34,562 nt of DNA, from assembly GCF_001194135.2 (NCBI RefSeq), contig NC_068984.1, positions 96,943,047 to 96,977,608 of the forward strand. The letters run 5' to 3'. Positions within the stretch are counted from its first letter, which is position 1; the number at the start of each line of letters is the position of its first letter. Position numbers and translations under genes: made by a program. The notes under the pieces were generated by a model. That model worked only from the letters and a program-made list of their open reading frames with translations, was not told the origin of the DNA and did no database searches. Of the stretch, positions 11,111 through 23,114 are shown in pieces. Origin of the DNA: Octopus bimaculoides. Taxonomy: Eukaryota.

Positions 11111-11384
11111 ATACATGTATGTGTATGCACGTGTGTGTGTGTGTATACACCCTTGTCTTGGTATCATAGGATGCTTGTAAATCAACAATCTATCATACAA
11201 ATGTTCATTTCCAATTTTTTGTGGGAAAATGTTTGGCCTTTAGGAAATATTATTGCCTTGCATGGAAACCAGAGAATTTGATAAGAAGTGCATCCAACCA
11301 TAGAAAATCTGCATCAACACATAAGTGTATATGTTCATATACACATATTATACACACACACACACTGATGAGTGTGTGTGTGTA

Positions 11385-11545
11385 TATCCAGGCTATGAGG
11401 TTAAAAAGCTTGCTTCCCAACCATGTGGTCTTGGGTTTAATCCCACTGAGTGGCATCTTGAGCAAGTGTCATTAACAATAGCCCTGAGTCGACCAAAGCC
11501 TTATGAGTGGATTTGATAGGTGGAAACTGAAAGGAGCCCATTGGG
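11385..11545 (+). mobile_element. CORE-like SINE head and core with CpG decay
   Basis: aagcttgcttcccaaccatgtggtcttgggtttaatcccactgagtggcatcttgagcaagtgtc...gagtggatttgataggtggaaactgaaaggagccc. Confidence 0.75.
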
Positions 11546-11829
11546 TGTATGTGTAGAAGTGTACCTAAAAGAACAAACTGAATAATGAACAGTGTTTCTG
11601 ATGAAAATTAAGCTTGAACAGCAAAGTGAAATTTGATCAGTGAACAAACAAGCAGACTATGCATGTGTATAAGGGACTGGGAACCCATTGGGATTATTAC
11701 TTCAGATTTCCATTGTCTTTCTAGAGGTCCAAGCCACTGGGCGTACACAGACCAACCAGAATATGCCTTCTATAATATGAGTTTGTGACGTTAAGTTTTC
11801 TTCCTCCCATCAATTTCTTAATAGCAGGT

Positions 11830-12445
11830 GTGGAAGAGGGCTTCTTGCTATGAAGTCAGCAGATGGGCTGCTAGAATACTTCATTGCCAATCTAAAGCTA
11901 GATTCCAGCTTAACCTCAAAGTTCTCCCATGACTCAGCTTGGATGTTTTAACTGTTTTTGCTGCAACTTTTCTTGCCTCACTGTGCCATTTGCACAAAAG
12001 AGGAGACTTAGTTCTAAGCCAAGCTCTGTAAGCTTCCTTCTTTTTCTTGGAATGCATCTTTGAATTCTTGGTTAAATCAGAAGTTTCTTTATCACCTGAC
12101 ACCACATAGATCTACTTTCACCCACAGCATTGCATAACCAAAGAGGAAACTGCTGAACAGAACAATTTCCACTTCACTTTAACATACTCAGTTTGTTTAG
12201 GAAAGGCTGAACTTGGATGCAATAATGTCCACATATTTGTCTCTGATCTCATCATCTACTAGGGCTTCCCACTTGTAAGTCACACTGGTCTTACCAGTTT
12301 TGCAAGTTCTCCTTACTGTTGATAGTCTCAGATTGCATATAACTAAGTGGTGATCAAATACATAGTTCAGCCCCTCTCTTTCTAATAAACATCCTGCACA
12401 GACTCAAAGAGGTCCAAAATGATTACAAGATCAATCAGTGACCTC
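11830..12445 (-). mobile_element. Decayed RTE-clade (Rex3/Expander-like) LINE: end of AP endonuclease plus linker
   Basis: Minus-strand translation across stops and frameshifts gives RSLIDLVI...RGAEL..DHHLVICNLRL (APE SDH motif region), then KKKEAYRAWL...EARKVAAKTVKTSK, which resembles the Rex3-type linker. Confidence 0.7.
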
Positions 12446-12449
12446 TATA

Positions 12450-12680
12450 TGTGTGTGTGTGTGTGTGTGTGTCTTTGTCTATATCCACCACTTGACAGTT
12501 GGTGTTGGTTTGATTATGTAACTGAACCCTATAACTTAGCGGTTCAGTAAAAGTGACTGATAGAAGTATCAGGCTTAAAAGGAAAAAATAAGTACTAGGG
12601 TCAATTCATTCAACTAAAAAGTCTTCAAGGTGGTGCTCCAGCATGACAGGAGTCTAATGACTGAAACAGATAAAAGATAT
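12450..12680 (+). mobile_element. 3' half of CORE-like SINE ((TG)n plus tail)
   Basis: taacttagcggttcag...ggtggtgctccagcatg...aatgactgaaacagataaaagata matches the SINE tail. Confidence 0.75.
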
Positions 12681-12719
12681 GTAATTATGTATATTATAAT
12701 TTTTCACGTGTGTTAGACC

Positions 12720-12761
<42 letters not shown>

Positions 12762-13189
12762 GTATGTATGTATGTATGTATGTATGAATGTATGTATGTG
12801 TACATTACATTAGACCAAAGCAGTACTTCAGTAGTTCTGTTGCTAATTCTGGATATAATAAAAGAAAATAAAGTTAACTCTAGCTGGATTTAAAATCAGA
12901 ATGTAAAGATATGTAACTTAAATATTGCATAGTATTTTTAGTCTGTTGCTCTGCCATTGCTACTAATCTTGTGCCCTAGCTGAAACATGTGGTCACTAAA
13001 TGTAGCACTATAGAGAAGATGATAGGCAAGTCTTCCTCATAATTTCACCATATACACAGGGTCATATAATCTAAAAAAACAAGAACTAGTGGTCAAGGCT
13101 GAAGTGCATTCTTTCATAGTTCTGATGCTTGATCGCAGTCATCCTTGGAGTTGAACAACAACATTAATAATAATGATAGTGATAATAAT

Positions 13190-14165
13190 GGCTTTTGATT
13201 TAGGCACAAGGCCAGCAATTTGAGGGGAGAAGATTAGTTGATTAAATTGATGCTAGTACTTAACAGATACTCTTTTATCAACTCCAAATGGTTGAAAGGT
13301 AAAGCTGATCCAGGCAGGATTTGAACTCAGAAGAAATACTGATGCCCTAATGCGTCTACCAGTTTGCCACCTAATAGTAATAATAATCCTTTCTATTACA
13401 CACACACGGCTTGAAATTTGTAGGGAAGAAAGAGGAGTTGATTAAATTGATTCCGGTGCTTCACTGATACTTATTTTATTGACACTAAAAAGATGAAAAG
13501 TAAAGTCAACCTTGGTGGAATTTGAACTTAGAATGTATATATGGATGAAATACCACTGAGTATTTTGTCTAGCATGCTAATGATTCTGCCTGGCACAAGT
13601 CCAGCAGTTTTGAGAAAGTGGAACAGTTGAGATCATCAAACCCAATACTTGATTGGTACTTTTATTTTATGGGCCCCCAAAGGCTGAAAGACAAAATTGA
13701 CCTCAAAAGGATTTTTACCTAGAATGTTAAGAGCCAGAATAAATGCTACACACCATTTTTCTAGTGCTTTAACAATTCTACAAATCCAGTTGTAATAAGC
13801 GCTATCGTAGGTTTGAAGGTGCATATTTCAATGGAGCAAATACAAAGGCAAAGTCTGTAGGATTTGCACTCAAAAGGGTCATAACTTACTACTATAAGAC
13901 ATTTACTGAGATACCCCAGATCTGCAATTCGTTGCCATCTCTTAATGATCCATTTTACTATAGGCACAAGGCCTTAAATTTTGGGGGATGGGGAAGTCGA
14001 TCACATCAACCCCAGTACCTGAATGGCACTTAATTTACTGACCCTGAAAGGATAAAAGGCAAAGTTGACCTCGGCAGACTTTGAACTCAGAATGTAAAGA
14101 CAAACGAAATGTCGCTATGCACTTCACCCAGCATGCTAACAATTCTGCCACCTCACCGCCTTTTT
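13190..14165 (-). mobile_element. Cluster of about four Nin-type SINE copies in the same orientation
   Basis: Repeated ggcacaaggcc...tactt..tttat...gaaagg..aaaggcaaagttgacctcggcag..tttgaactcagaa...gctaac.attctgcc units at ~13190-13375, 13385-13590, 13591-13790 and 13950-14165. Confidence 0.75.
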
Positions 14166-14429
14166 TGCCATTTCTTAATGATGATGATAATAATATATAA
14201 TTAACTTAGTTTCCTGTTATCTGTGCTGTGTGTATGTTTGTTGTTACTCTTGTATGTGTGTGTGTATGTAAATTTATTACATGAAGACATCTCTAAAATA
14301 GATAATATTGATGGGGAGTCAATTAACTCTACTGTATTATGTCATTAAATGTTAGGAAAGGCATAGACACCACACACTCACAGATTCCAACCTATAACTT
14401 TATACTTTATTCTAATAATTACTAATAAA

Positions 14430-14615
14430 TGGTTTCCAATTTAGGTACAAGGTCTGCAATTTTGAAGGCAAGCGGTTAGGTAATTACATTGATCTTAGCA
14501 ATTGACTAGTATTACCTCAAAAGGATGAAAGGCAAAGTTGACCTTGTCAAGATTTGAACTCAGTCTGTAAAGATGCAGTACAAATACTGCAATGCATTTT
14601 TTGCTGATACTCTGA
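14430..14615 (-). mobile_element. Nin-type SINE copy
   Basis: aaaggatgaaaggcaaagttgaccttgtcaagatttgaactcag, the reverse complement of the conserved cctttcatcctt block. Confidence 0.7.
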
Positions 14616-14627
14616 CTAAGACTACTG

Positions 14628-15210
14628 TCATCATCATTATCATCATCATTGTTTAACGTCCGCTTTCCATGCTAGCATGGGTTGGATGATTTGACTGAGG
14701 ACTGGTGAACCAGATGGCTACACCAGCCTCCAATCTGATTTGGCAGAGTTTCTACAGCTGGATGCCCTTCCTAACGCCAACCACTCCAAGAGTGTAGTGG
14801 GTGCTTTTACGTGCCACCGGCACGAAGGCCAGTCAGGTAGTACTGGCAACGGCCATGCTCAAAATGGTGTATTTTACGTGCCACCTACACAGGAGCCAGT
14901 CCAGCGGCATTGGCAACGATCTCACTTGAATGTCTTTACAAGTGCCAGGAAGGTGACGCTGGGCACAGGTGCCATCACGATTTCGCTTTTGCTTGCCCCA
15001 ACATGTCTTTGCAAGCCGAGTTTAGTGTCCAATGAAGGAGACGACGTTGGCATGGGTGCCAGTCGTCGAATTTAGTTCGATTTCGATTTCACTTGCCTCA
15101 ACAGGTCTTCACAAGCGGAGTTTAGTGTCCAATGAAGAAAGGTACACATAAGTGGGTTGGCTACACCCCTGGCAGAGGCCTTGGATTTAGGTCTCACTTG
15201 GCTTGAAGGG
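14628..15210 (-). mobile_element. Relatively young non-LTR repeat with RTE-like 3' tail and internal duplications
   Basis: Minus strand ends ggttggcgttaggaagggcatccagc...acccatgctagcatggaaagcggacgttaaac(aatgatgatg)n. Internal repeats ttttacgtgccacc x2 and gagtttagtgtccaatgaag x2. CpGs retained. Confidence 0.7.
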
Positions 15211-17489
15211 CATGCATGCTTAAACAATATATATAATGTCCTATGTTGCTGGCATTGTATTTAATACAGAGCAGTCATTTGTGACTTGGTGAAGGTAGCA
15301 AAATTCTTCTTGGATATGGCAAAGGTATTCTGAGAGAATGACCAAAGCTGGAAGCTGCATGGTTTGTGTGATTACAGCTACTTCTGACTGAATGCAGTGA
15401 GGAAAAAGTATGCTACATTGTGGGTCGAAACAAACTGGACATTTCCATGGTAGCATCAAAGCCATTTGGCACTGCTGGAAGAGACATACTATTGACAGGT
15501 ACCAAAACTATTATCTGCTGTTTAGGTAAGGAATGTCCCTACAGTGCAAGCTATATTTTATAGGCAGACAGACATAACACATTCCCACATATACATACAA
15601 GAATTTGTAACAAATCTTTTTGTTTTTAGCCATTGTCTGAGAAATGGTTTGTCACTGGTATGTGACTATCAAGAGTCTGTGTTGGAAGAATGCTTGGCAG
15701 CCTGGAATGTTCTATATCAATTCTTGGAGTTTTAGAATAGAAATCCTATACCTTATGAAGAAGTTACAGAAGTGGGAAAAGGGTAAAAATGGAAAATATC
15801 AAAATTCTTAAGACAAAAGCAAATTACAGCCCATCACACTATCTGCGACCTGGTCACTGATATAGTTATACAGCAACTGGCCTAAGACAAGACTTGACTA
15901 GCTTATATAGGCCTAGGAGTTTTATAGTTTTTTTCCTCTGATGACAACTGGAATGACTGAGAGAGAAAAAATTATATCTAAAACCCTGAGACCTATATGT
16001 ACTCACCAACAGTCTTCTCCCAAGCCAGTTGCTGTGAAACCGTATCAGTGGCTAACTTGCAGATATTTTGACAAATGTTGACACCAAATATTAAAGGATT
16101 GAGTTAAGTTTTTGAATGGGTAAAATGAGTTCTCCACAAACCTTTAGAATTATAATTATCATCGTATGAAAACATAGGAATAATAAAAGTGAAAGAGGAC
16201 ATCTATTCTGATATTTCACCTGGTCCTTAAAATCAGTTGAGGATGATTCTAATTGAGTGCCAGCACTATTTTTACTGGGGTAGATTAGATTTAAAAAAAA
16301 AAAATGCATATGCTGCTGTTGTGGTAATTAATATCAATTCCCTTCACAGATGTGACTGAAATGAAAATGGTTTCTATGCCCAGTGACAATATCAGGAGTC
16401 ACATGATATTGGGGAGAGGATGTAGAATGCTTTAATGTATAAATTAATCAGTTGGGGTTGATTGCCTCTCTACTTAGTTAACTAAGTAAAAAAAAAAAAA
16501 AAAAGGGGTGGGTAGGGCTAACAGATGTGATTGTAACCAGAGCATGACTCTATATGACTATATCAAGAGTGAAGCCAGTAAACCTTGATAGTGCTGAGAA
16601 TGTGTCCTAATTTTGTTTTCTGAAACACAGCAAATATAAAGAATGTAAGTTGTAAGGAGTGTGAGACTACATCCAGAATTAACTCTGGATAACTTAATGC
16701 CTGTTGCAGTGATAGAGAAAGAAAGAGAGAGGAACTGAGAGTGTTAACCATGGTGGAGGTTGTGAGTAGTAGTAGGGAGAAGACTCCTCCAAGTGGTGGT
16801 AGTGAGGGAAACTCCTTTGAGTGTTAATGGTGGTGGTGGAAATACTGAGAGAGAGAGAGACTCCTTAAAATGGCAGTTGGGGCAAGGGAGAGACTCTTTA
16901 GAATGTTCATCCCATCACTATTTCAAAGTCAGCAAAAAAGAACTGAAATTTAAGAACAACATCCTCTCCCCCCCCCCTGCTCTCTCTCTCTCTCTGCTTC
17001 ATTATTAACCACACATGCACACACATACTAAGGAGTAGGGGTAAAGAAGGAAGCTTTATGACAAGCAAAATAACTGCTCTCTAGACAAACTGGTATATGT
17101 GTATGAGGGTGTATGTATGATTATGTGTAGCACCCCCTCCCCCACAAAAAAAATAACAATGATAAGTTTCTATTGAATACCATACAAGAAAGATTCTCGA
17201 TTTATTAAAATTATCTATGCTTCCAGGGTGGTGGTGAATGGTGCCAGCTCAAAAATCAAAAGAGGTGATAATACATTCTTCTAAAATTTTCCAAGTTGCT
17301 ATCCTTTTAAGGGAAAAAGAATCTGATTGTCAAGAGACAAGAGGACAGCTGTAGACATCTGTTTTTGCCCCAGTAGGCATCATCAGCATAGCAGCTGTCC
17401 TATCTTATCTCCAGCAAATGAGACACTCAAAACATGAAAAAAAAACTTTAATGGCTTAGGTAATTTGCATAAATGAAACAACATGGCCA

Positions 17490-17650
17490 GTGGCTTGTGT
17501 GTATATTTACTTCCCAATCACATGGATTTGAATTCAGTCTCATTGCTAGTGTCATCTTGGGTGACACTATCATCCCAAGTCGATGAAAGCTTTGTGGGTT
17601 GATTTGGTAGACAGAAACTGAAAGAAGCTCATTGTGTGTGTTTGTGTAGT
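17490..17650 (+). mobile_element. Degenerate CORE-like SINE head and core
   Basis: gatttggtagacagaaactgaaagaagctc followed by (TG)n. Confidence 0.65.
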
Positions 17651-18124
17651 TTATTTATAGACATGCATATTTATACATTATATATTTGAATATATATATA
17701 CACACATTATGTATGTTTGTGTGTATTTATGTGACTAAGTTGATATTTACCTTGATTTGTAAACAATGGCTTCTTGTTCTCCATATAAATATGTTCATGA
17801 TGTTAGTTGTTTGATTAACTCTGAAATAACTTGGAAACAAGTAGATAATTTCAAGAATCAAAACTTTTCTGAACTTAACATGTAATTGAGGGAAAGAGGA
17901 CTGCTATGGCCACACATTCGTGCCTCAGAAGGTGGAATCAGCACAATAGTTGTCTTTAACTCTAGCAAACAAGTTCTTAGCTATTGGTTATCAACAGAAG
18001 GTTTCTCTCTTGAATGAAGGGTATATTGTTCAATGCTTGTGCAATACTTCACATTAGCAAGACCTGGGCCTTAAATGCAAAAGAATTGCAAATGTTGGAA
18101 AAAAGTATATTCCACTTAATATTT

Positions 18125-18415
18125 TAATGTTAGCATGTATTGAGCCACTTAGCACAAATGAGTTGAGAGATAAGTTGGGTATAAGAAGAATCAGATGTTA
18201 TTTATATGAGAGGAGACTGGCTGATATGGACATGTGATGCATAAAGAGATCAGTTTTTTTAAGAGGTATTGAGAGCTTAGTGGATGGAGCATGATGAAGG
18301 AAGAGACCAAGGAACACATGAGAAGCAAGGGTGAAGGCTGATCTTAAAAGGCTGAGCCTCATGAAAATGATGAGAAAAGAGTATAACTTACGCTGAAGTA
18401 CTGTTTGGGAGAGAA
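18125..18415 (+). mobile_element. Decayed RTE LINE ORF C-terminus
   Basis: Translation across lesions: STNELRDKLGIRRI...ERRL.*YGHVM...GR.RPRNT*...VKADLKRLSL, matching the RTE C-terminal RLRWxGHVxR / GRPRxTW motifs. Confidence 0.7.
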
Positions 18416-19524
18416 TCTTTACAATTCATGCAAACATGGGAAAACTTATGTAAAATAATGATGATAATGATGGAAATCAAAATGCATGTCTATATTTGGG
18501 TCTCTCTTCACCATTATGTTCATATTAATTCTCCAATTACTATCTTCTCTTCATTATTCTCTCTGTATTACCTTCTCCCCTTATTAATGTACGTATATAC
18601 TATCATTTCGTTTCTATCACATCAAGGCAACTTTGCTATGAGGGACAGCATTTCATTGAATTTATATGTATCCAGCCATTCCCAGGTGATCATCCCTTCT
18701 TTATTGCTAACCATTATCCCCTATCACTCTCTCATCACTCATCCTCATCACTATATTTATATCTATGTCAGTTTCATCCAAGGTAGGCTAATCCAGCCCC
18801 AACTGGTAAATCACAGCATCATAAACATAAATTCTCAAGTCATGCTTGGTGATCACTGTTAATGCATTAATTCTCAATTCCAATAGTAGACACTTTACAC
18901 ACAAGGATCAAATCTAACTTTATGGTATTAATCCATGTTTCTAGCTGCTGCTTTACTGTTTATGGTCTCCCAGGAGGACATCTAGTAAGTCAGCATCACA
19001 GTTAAGTTCACTCTAGAAAAGATTTTTAAAAGTTGAAGAATGTCAAACTGACAGTGACAGTGATGAAAAAGTTCAGAGAGAATTATGAGGATTCAGCAAA
19101 GGCAAAAGTGATCAAATACTTTTAGCTTGCATAGGCCTGCTACACTTACTGGCCATATGTCAAAACCAGGACTGTGATGACCTACCCAACCCATGGTAGT
19201 ATGAAAAACAAATGTGATAGTGACAAGTGAGTAATAAAGGAAGGAGTTAGAGAAAAGAAACAGTCATAGCAACAGCATGTTTATTTGTAAGGGGATTGAA
19301 TCAAAACAATATGAACAGTACTGAGGGGAAAGAAAGTGGAAGGAAGGAAAGCATGTGATAGCAATCCTGGAAGTAAGAGTAATATATATCAATAATGAGT
19401 GAGCAGGAAGGGAGTAATGTGTGTGTGAGAGAGAGAGAGAGAGAAAGTGAGATGGATAAAGAATGTGGAAGGAGTATGAATATGGACAGGTGTCTGATGC
19501 CATCTCTCCATCATAGTGATGGGA

Positions 19525-19582
19525 GAGAGGTTCAATGATAATGTTGAATACATGCAGTGCCAACGCCATCCTTGTTGCACAG
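19525..19582 (-). mobile_element. Possible reverse transcriptase motif relic
   Basis: VQQG followed after a frameshift by ALALHVFNIIIEPL, resembling the non-LTR RT motif xQGxxLSPxLFxxxxEPL. Very short. Confidence 0.3.
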
Positions 19583-19716
19583 GCAGCTTGGCACAGTAAA
19601 TAGGAGAGAAGAGTGATGAGGGAAAGGAAGTAGACCTAACAGGAATGAATGAGAGAACTAAATGTAGATACATTATTTACATTTGACAGATATTTGTCCA
19701 CATCTTGTTTGTTGTT

Positions 19717-19762
19717 AAAACAACGTTTCGGCTGATATACCCTCCAGCCTTCATCAGGTGTC
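19717..19762 (-). ncRNA. Minimal hammerhead ribozyme motif (left arm, copy 2)
   Basis: GACAC-CUGAUGA-A-GGCUG-gagggtatat-CAGCC-GAAAC-GUU-GUUUU. Intact core, perfect 5-bp stem II, one mismatch in stem I. Confidence 0.75.
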
Positions 19763-19892
19763 TTGGGGGAAATTTAGAACCTGGGTTCTCATTCCTAAGG
19801 TATTTTTCAATGTTATTATTATTATTATTAATATCAATAATAACATCGAAAAATACCTTAGGAATGAGAACCCAAGATCGAAATTTCCCCAA

Positions 19893-19938
19893 CACACCTG
19901 ATGAAGGCTGGAGGATACATCAGCCAAAAAGTTGTGTT
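19893..19938 (+). ncRNA. Degenerate hammerhead motif (right arm, copy 2)
   Basis: CACAC-CUGAUGA-A-GGCUG-gaggatacat-CAGCC-AAAAA-GUU-GUGUU. GAAAC is mutated to AAAAA. Confidence 0.6.
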
Positions 19939-20494
19939 AAACAAGATGAGAACAACTATCCATCTAATGTACATAATTCCTCATCTCTTAAATATAAAAC
20001 TGTAAATGTAGATATATTATACATCCCAACTTCCATCACTTTAATGTCTGTTTTGCCATGCTTGCATGGGTGGTCAGGTTTTCTCCTAAACTGTCACCAC
20101 TCATTGCTGTCCTATACCATGTTTGTAAGGTTCAGCATTTTAAGATCAGTTTTCACCACTTAATCCCAAGTCACCATTGATCTTCGTCGTGGATTCCATC
20201 CATTTTGAATGCCCAGCACTTAATTATACAACTATTATCCTCCATAAATATTCACACATCTGTTTTAGTGCAATCTTTGCTACTCTTGCTATAATGCTAG
20301 ATTCAAGTTTCCAGATGCATGGAAAGAGGAAGAAAAGGGGCAACAAAAGAACAGTATCAAGTTGCAGGAACTATCAGACATTCTAGTGGACAGCCATGTG
20401 ATTTAAAGAGTGATTAAGAGTACAAAGATATGGAAGGCAAGTTGAGAGGCTAATCATGTCCTATGTCTTGTCACATTTACATATTCACATAATT

Positions 20495-20890
20495 CTTTTA
20501 TTTGTTTCAGTCATTTGACTGCACCCATGCTGGAGCACCACTGTTAGTCAAGCAAATCGACCCCAGGACTTATTCTTTGTAAGCCTAGTACTTATTCTAT
20601 CGGTCTGTTTTGCCGAACCGCTAAGTCATGGGGATGTAAACACACCAGCATCAGTTGTCAAACGATGTTGGGGGGAGGGGACAAACACAGACACGCATAT
20701 ATACACACATATATATATATATACACGACGGGCTTCTTTCAATTTCTGTCTACCAAATCCACTCACAAGGCTTTGGTCGGCCCAAGACTATAGTAAAAGA
20801 CATTTGCCCAAGGTGCCACGCAGTGGGACTGAACCCCGAACCATGTGGTTGGTAAGCAGGCTACTTACCACACAGCCACTCCTGTGCCTA
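20495..20890 (-). mobile_element. Full-length, relatively young CORE-like SINE
   Basis: Complete head (aggcacaggagtggctgtgtggtaagtag...ggttcagtcccactgcgtggcaccttgggcaaatgtc), core, internal (TA/TG)n, and tail (...gactgaaacaaataaaagaat). CpGs largely retained. Confidence 0.9.
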
Positions 20891-21610
20891 AGAAAAACCT
20901 AAAGACCTGTCCTGTTTCTTCACCAGGACTCTATGATAGTATGAACCACAGTTTTACAGTTGTTTACCATGATACTTAGTTTGTACTACAGTTTCTCAGC
21001 AATTTGCGAAGATGCTATGACATCTCTGCTATTTGCCAAGAGACAATGATCGAATGTAACACAATGTCTCTATCTTGTAAGAGTAATATATTCATAAAGC
21101 ACCGTCTTAGTTGTCAGGATTCTATAAATCATATTTGTGTAGTTATTGGTGCATATGTGGGTGTGGTTGTTAGTGGATGGATGTGTAAATATAGTTTTTA
21201 GATGTACTTGTATATTTCTTTTTTAGTTGATGTACTTGTGTGTATATGTGTAATGGTATATAAATAATAAAAAACATCCTGCGATTTTTGAAACGCCGTT
21301 AATCTTTGAATGATAAAGAAATCTTGTCAGCTTTGACTGACAATGACATTCTATAACTCACTGTAAGCCTTGGATGCCACTCTCCAATATGTCCTTATTC
21401 TTATACAATATGGTGTGATTTGTGAGAGATTTGACTTCTACTTTTAGCATAGCGTATTGCACGACCATGTAGCAGTTCCCTCGTTGCGTCGAAGAAATCT
21501 CTAGTTTTTATGAAAGCTGACAGAGAAAAGAGATGTTGATGTTTTTTGCCAGCAAAATCACTGTTTTCCATCTTCTTCCATGACTCTGGTTTCTTTTTTA
21601 TTGATTTCCT

Positions 21611-21620
21611 NNNNNNNNNN
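21611..21620. other. 10-N assembly gap
   Basis: Direct reading. Confidence 1.
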
Positions 21621-22034
21621 TGTTTTGCTCTTCTTTTTTGTTGATTTTACTCCCTCCTCTCCATTCCTTTTCTCTAATCTTACCAATGTTATTTGCTAAA
21701 ACACCTTACATTTGTATTGGCGCTCTAACACACATATTTCAAAGTGTGTGTGTGTTATAAACAATGAGATTTGATATTTGTCGTTATATTTTTGTGTGTA
21801 AAAGAACACCAAAGTGCTCATGTGCACTCAGTTTTCTAGGACATTGCGCGCGCGTCACTTACCTGTAAAGTCACGTGTGAATGAGGGGTCTGAAGTGCAG
21901 TTCAGGAATCTCTCGATGCTTAAGTCACTTATGTGTAACTTTACAGCCGAATTGAAGATGCACACACACACTCTTTATGCAATTATCTGTGAATATGTAT
22001 ATGTATGTTTATGCCTGTATGCTTGTGTATCTTT

Positions 22035-22320
22035 TATCTTTTACTTGTTTCAGCCATTAGACTGCGGCCATGCTGGGGCATCGCCATGAAGAATTTTAGT
22101 CGAATGAATGGACAGCAATACTTACTTTTTATTTATTGTAAAGCCTGGTACTTGTGCTGTTGGTCTCTTTTGCCGAACTGCTATGATGTGGAGACATAAA
22201 CACATCAACACCAATTGTCCAGTGGTGGCAAGAGACATGCACTATCACGCACACACACAAGACGGGCTTCTTTCAGTTTCCGTATTCCAAATCCACTCTA
22301 GGCTTAGTCGGCCAAGATGC
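22035..22320 (-). mobile_element. CORE-like SINE lacking its head
   Basis: Tail and core through gacgggcttctttcagtttccg...gtcggcc, then an abrupt switch to mariner sequence. Confidence 0.8.
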
Positions 22321-23114
22321 CCTTTTTAGAATTGCTTCAGCAAGTTGGCATAGTATTCTCCATCGATAGTGTGACACTTTTGATGATAGGCAATAAACAC
22401 AATGCCTTTTGCATCCCCAAAACTGGAGCCATCATCTTCCCTACAGATGAAACAACCATGGTCTTCTTTGGAGCAGGTAACGAGGAGTGCTTCCACTGCA
22501 TGGATTGTCTCTTTGTCTGTGACTCAAAGTGATAAAGTCAACGTTCATCATGGGTTAGGAAACGTTCAAGGAAACCAGCGGGATCTGTCTCAAACTATGT
22601 CAGATTTTCCCAGGACTCACCGAGCAGAAATCTTTGTCATGCCAAGGTCATTCTGCAGAATTCTTTCAACCTTCTCACGAGGTATGCTAGAAGCATTGAC
22701 TATTTATAGTCGATCGCCTGTCATCCATCACCATGTGGTGAAAATGATCAATGTTTTCCTTGGTAGTGGTAGTTGGAGGACATCCAGACCTTGGGTCATC
22801 TTCAAGAGCCCTCCTTAATTCAGCTACTCACTTTTGTACTGTTGATAAAACTGGAACGTCATCCCAGCATGAATGTCCTTGGGGGCTAAACCCTTTTCCT
22901 ATAGGTGCTTGATAACACCATGATGTCAGTTTTCAAGAGAAGTCGCTACTAGTTACCTTTGAAGTCTTTCTTGAACAGTCAGATGTTCGTTTACCTGTAA
23001 AGAAACAATGCAGTTATTAATAATAAGTGTTGAAATTAATGCATGCAAGATTTCACTGCTCTAGCATCACTCCTTCATAGTCAGCCTTTGAACTTTTCAG
23101 TCCACCAACGTGTA
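22320..23114 (-). mobile_element. Mariner (Tc1/mariner) DNA transposon relic: 5' TIR plus N-terminal part of transposase
   Basis: Minus-strand translation: ERILQNDLGMTKISAR*V...DPAGFLERFLTHDER*LYHFESQTKRQSMQWKH...PKK...SVGKMMA..GDAKGIVF...TIDGEYYANLLKQ (SARWVP, TxDE and TINGEYY motifs). TIR-like ta|cacgttggtggactgaaaagttcaaaggctga at 23081-23114. Confidence 0.85.

Larger units (their letters stand above)
19671..20002. mobile_element. Fold-back element with two hammerhead motifs, copy 2
   Basis: Arms ~19671-19830 and ~19831-19972 are reverse complements centred on (TTA)n/(AAT)n. Flanked by perfect direct repeats taaatgtagata (19659-19670, 20003-20014). Confidence 0.85.

Noticed and set aside
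13190-14165. CRISPR-like repeat array
   Set aside because: The repeats are ~200-bp diverged SINE copies in eukaryotic DNA, not repeat-spacer units.
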